Origin: an uncultured Nitrospina sp. | Lineage (GTDB): Bacteria > Nitrospinota > Nitrospinia > Nitrospinales > VA-1 | Direction: 5' to 3' | Length of the DNA: 34,983 bases | Assembly: GCA_964570185.1 (NCBI GenBank) | Contig: CAZMXD010000003.1 | Span: 1 to 34,983, forward strand | In this document: in pieces, positions 34,007-34,983 of the stretch | Numbering within the stretch: position 1 is the first letter of the stretch | How the letters are laid out: the number at the start of each line of letters is the position of its first letter | The notes under the pieces: model-generated | Databases searched by the model: none | What the model was told of the DNA's origin: nothing | Seen by the model: the letters and a program-made list of their open reading frames with translations, nothing else | Made by a program: the position numbers and the translations under genes

Positions 34007-34561
34007 ATGGCAAGCAATACAATTCATTTTAAAAATCCTCATACGGGTGAAATCCGCGAAGCACCAGCAGGTTTTTCTTGGACCGTATTGTTCTTTGGGT
34101 TCATTCCACCACTTTTCAGATCCGACTGGAAAAGTGCGTGTCTTATTTTCCTTTTAGGATTTGTTGTCACTGCCATATCATGGGACGCACCTGCGCCAAT
34201 GGCTTTTTGGGTATATTTCACTTTTGCTTGTTTTTATAATAAATTGTATATCAAGCAACTTGTTCAAAAAGGGTATCAAGCTTATGGGGTTGAACGCGGT
34301 GTTTTGGCTCATGAGCTGTTCTTTAATAAACTTGATGGTTTAGTTCCAGTTTTAAAGGAACCTCAAACTAACCAAAAATCTCAGGAACCAGACCCTAAAA
34401 ATGAAGGCTCTAAGGACAAAAAAAAACAGCCGACCAGGGAATGGCCAGCTGTTTTTACTATTGAAGATAGATTAAGAAAATTGCAAGAACTTAAAGAAAA
34501 CAATTTAATTAACGATGAAGAATATAATCAGAAAAAAGAAAAGTTGCTCGAAGAGCTTTAG
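34007..34561 (+). CDS. DUF2628-like membrane domain fused to a charged linker and C-terminal SHOCT domain
   Basis: RBS AAAGGGAGAGATG. G-F-S-W-T motif plus TM helices. The C-terminal LRKLQELKENNLINDEEYNQKKEKLLEEL is a SHOCT-type tail. Confidence 0.75.
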   Translation: MASNTIHFKNPHTGEIREAPAGFSWTVLFFGFIPPLFRSDWKSACLIFLLGFVVTAISWDAPAPMAFWVYFTFACFYNKLYIKQLVQKGYQAYGVERGVLAHELFFNKLDGLVPVLKEPQTNQKSQEPDPKNEGSKDKKKQPTREWPAVFTIEDRLRKLQELKENNLINDEEYNQKKEKLLEEL

Positions 34562-34566
34562 TGCCT
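34460..34566 (+). repeat. 107-nt direct repeat (copy A) covering the SHOCT tail, the stop codon and 5 nt beyond it
   Basis: 11 mismatches in 107 gap-free positions against 34813-34919. The last 23 nt, including TAGTGCCT, are identical. Confidence 0.85.
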
Positions 34567-34644
34567 TGAATTAAAATTTATTCACGCCTTATTTTTTCCA
34601 CAGCTTGGTGGCAAGATCATAATAATATTTGGAGGGTTTTCACT

Positions 34645-34914
34645 ATGGGTTTTCCAGAGATAATAATCATACTAGTTATTATCACGCCGTTCGCTTTGAT
34701 ATTTTATTTTGGTTTTTATATGGTAAAAAAACGTAGAAAAAATTTCCAAATGAATCAGGAGAATATAAGTGCTGCAGAAATAGGCAATAAGAGTGCAGTT
34801 ACGCAAACATCCATTGAAGATAAATTAGGGCAATTGAACGAACTTAAAGAAAAAAATTTAATTAATGATGAAGAATACAATAAGAAAAAAGAAAAATTGC
34901 TCGAAGAGCTTTAG
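34645..34914 (+). CDS. Single-TM protein with C-terminal SHOCT domain (89 aa)
   Basis: RBS GGAGGG. N-terminal TM helix IIIILVIITPFALIFYFGFYMV. C-terminal LGQLNELKEKNLINDEEYNKKKEKLLEEL. Confidence 0.7.
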   Translation: MGFPEIIIILVIITPFALIFYFGFYMVKKRRKNFQMNQENISAAEIGNKSAVTQTSIEDKLGQLNELKEKNLINDEEYNKKKEKLLEEL

Positions 34915-34919
34915 TGCCT
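34813..34919 (+). repeat. 107-nt direct repeat (copy B) covering the second SHOCT tail
   Basis: See copy A. Confidence 0.85.
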
Positions 34920-34949
34920 CTATCAATTTTTTATTAAAAGGCAAGATAG

Positions 34950-34983
34950 TGGTGGGACGGGACGGAATCGAACCGCCGACACG
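34950..34983 (-). tRNA. 3' end of a tRNA gene (T-arm, acceptor 3' strand, discriminator A, encoded CCA); the rest lies beyond the window
   Basis: The minus strand reads CGTGTC-GGCGG-TTCGATT-CCGTC-CCGTCCC-A-CCA. The T-stem pairs 5/5 with one G-U. The GTGTC variable loop resembles tRNA-Phe/Val-type genes, but the isotype cannot be called without the anticodon. Confidence 0.7.

Overview
AT-rich (by eye) bacterial chromosomal window, about 90% coding, from a flagellated Gram-negative-type organism; I cannot assign the lineage from sequence alone. Positions 1-28 kb are mostly ordinary core genes: pepF (partial), valS, a receiver-domain protein, an ABC-F ATPase, an orphan OppBC-like permease pair, NIF3, an SDR, a fused aroD-aroE, a late-flagellar block (fliD-like, FlgN-like, FlgM-like, and a disordered 206-aa protein behind a near-consensus sigma-28 promoter), a DedA-flavoprotein disulfide reductase fusion, a radical SAM/SPASM - DASS permease - rhodanese run, and leuCD-type dehydratase subunits. 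Positions 28-31 kb encode secreted repeat proteins: an FGE-fold protein lacking the catalytic cysteines, a His/Gly-rich RNI-type LRR protein and a MORN-variant repeat protein. The most unusual part is 30.9-35.0 kb. It is a ~4-kb integrase-less islet lying between a decayed tRNA 3'-half-like remnant and the 3' end of a real tRNA at the right edge. It holds paralogous small membrane proteins (DUF2628-like, DUF805+zinc ribbon, SHOCT-tailed) and a trypsin-like lipoprotein with a tandem-repeat coiled coil. Three different genes in the islet are preceded by copies of one ~135-150-nt 5' module (conserved UTR, first ~24 codons, and a 10-bp hairpin followed by a U-tract). I could not match this module to any RNA or mobile-element family I know. 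No CRISPR array, rRNA, transposase or integrase was seen. All family calls come from motif recognition by eye; no searches were run.
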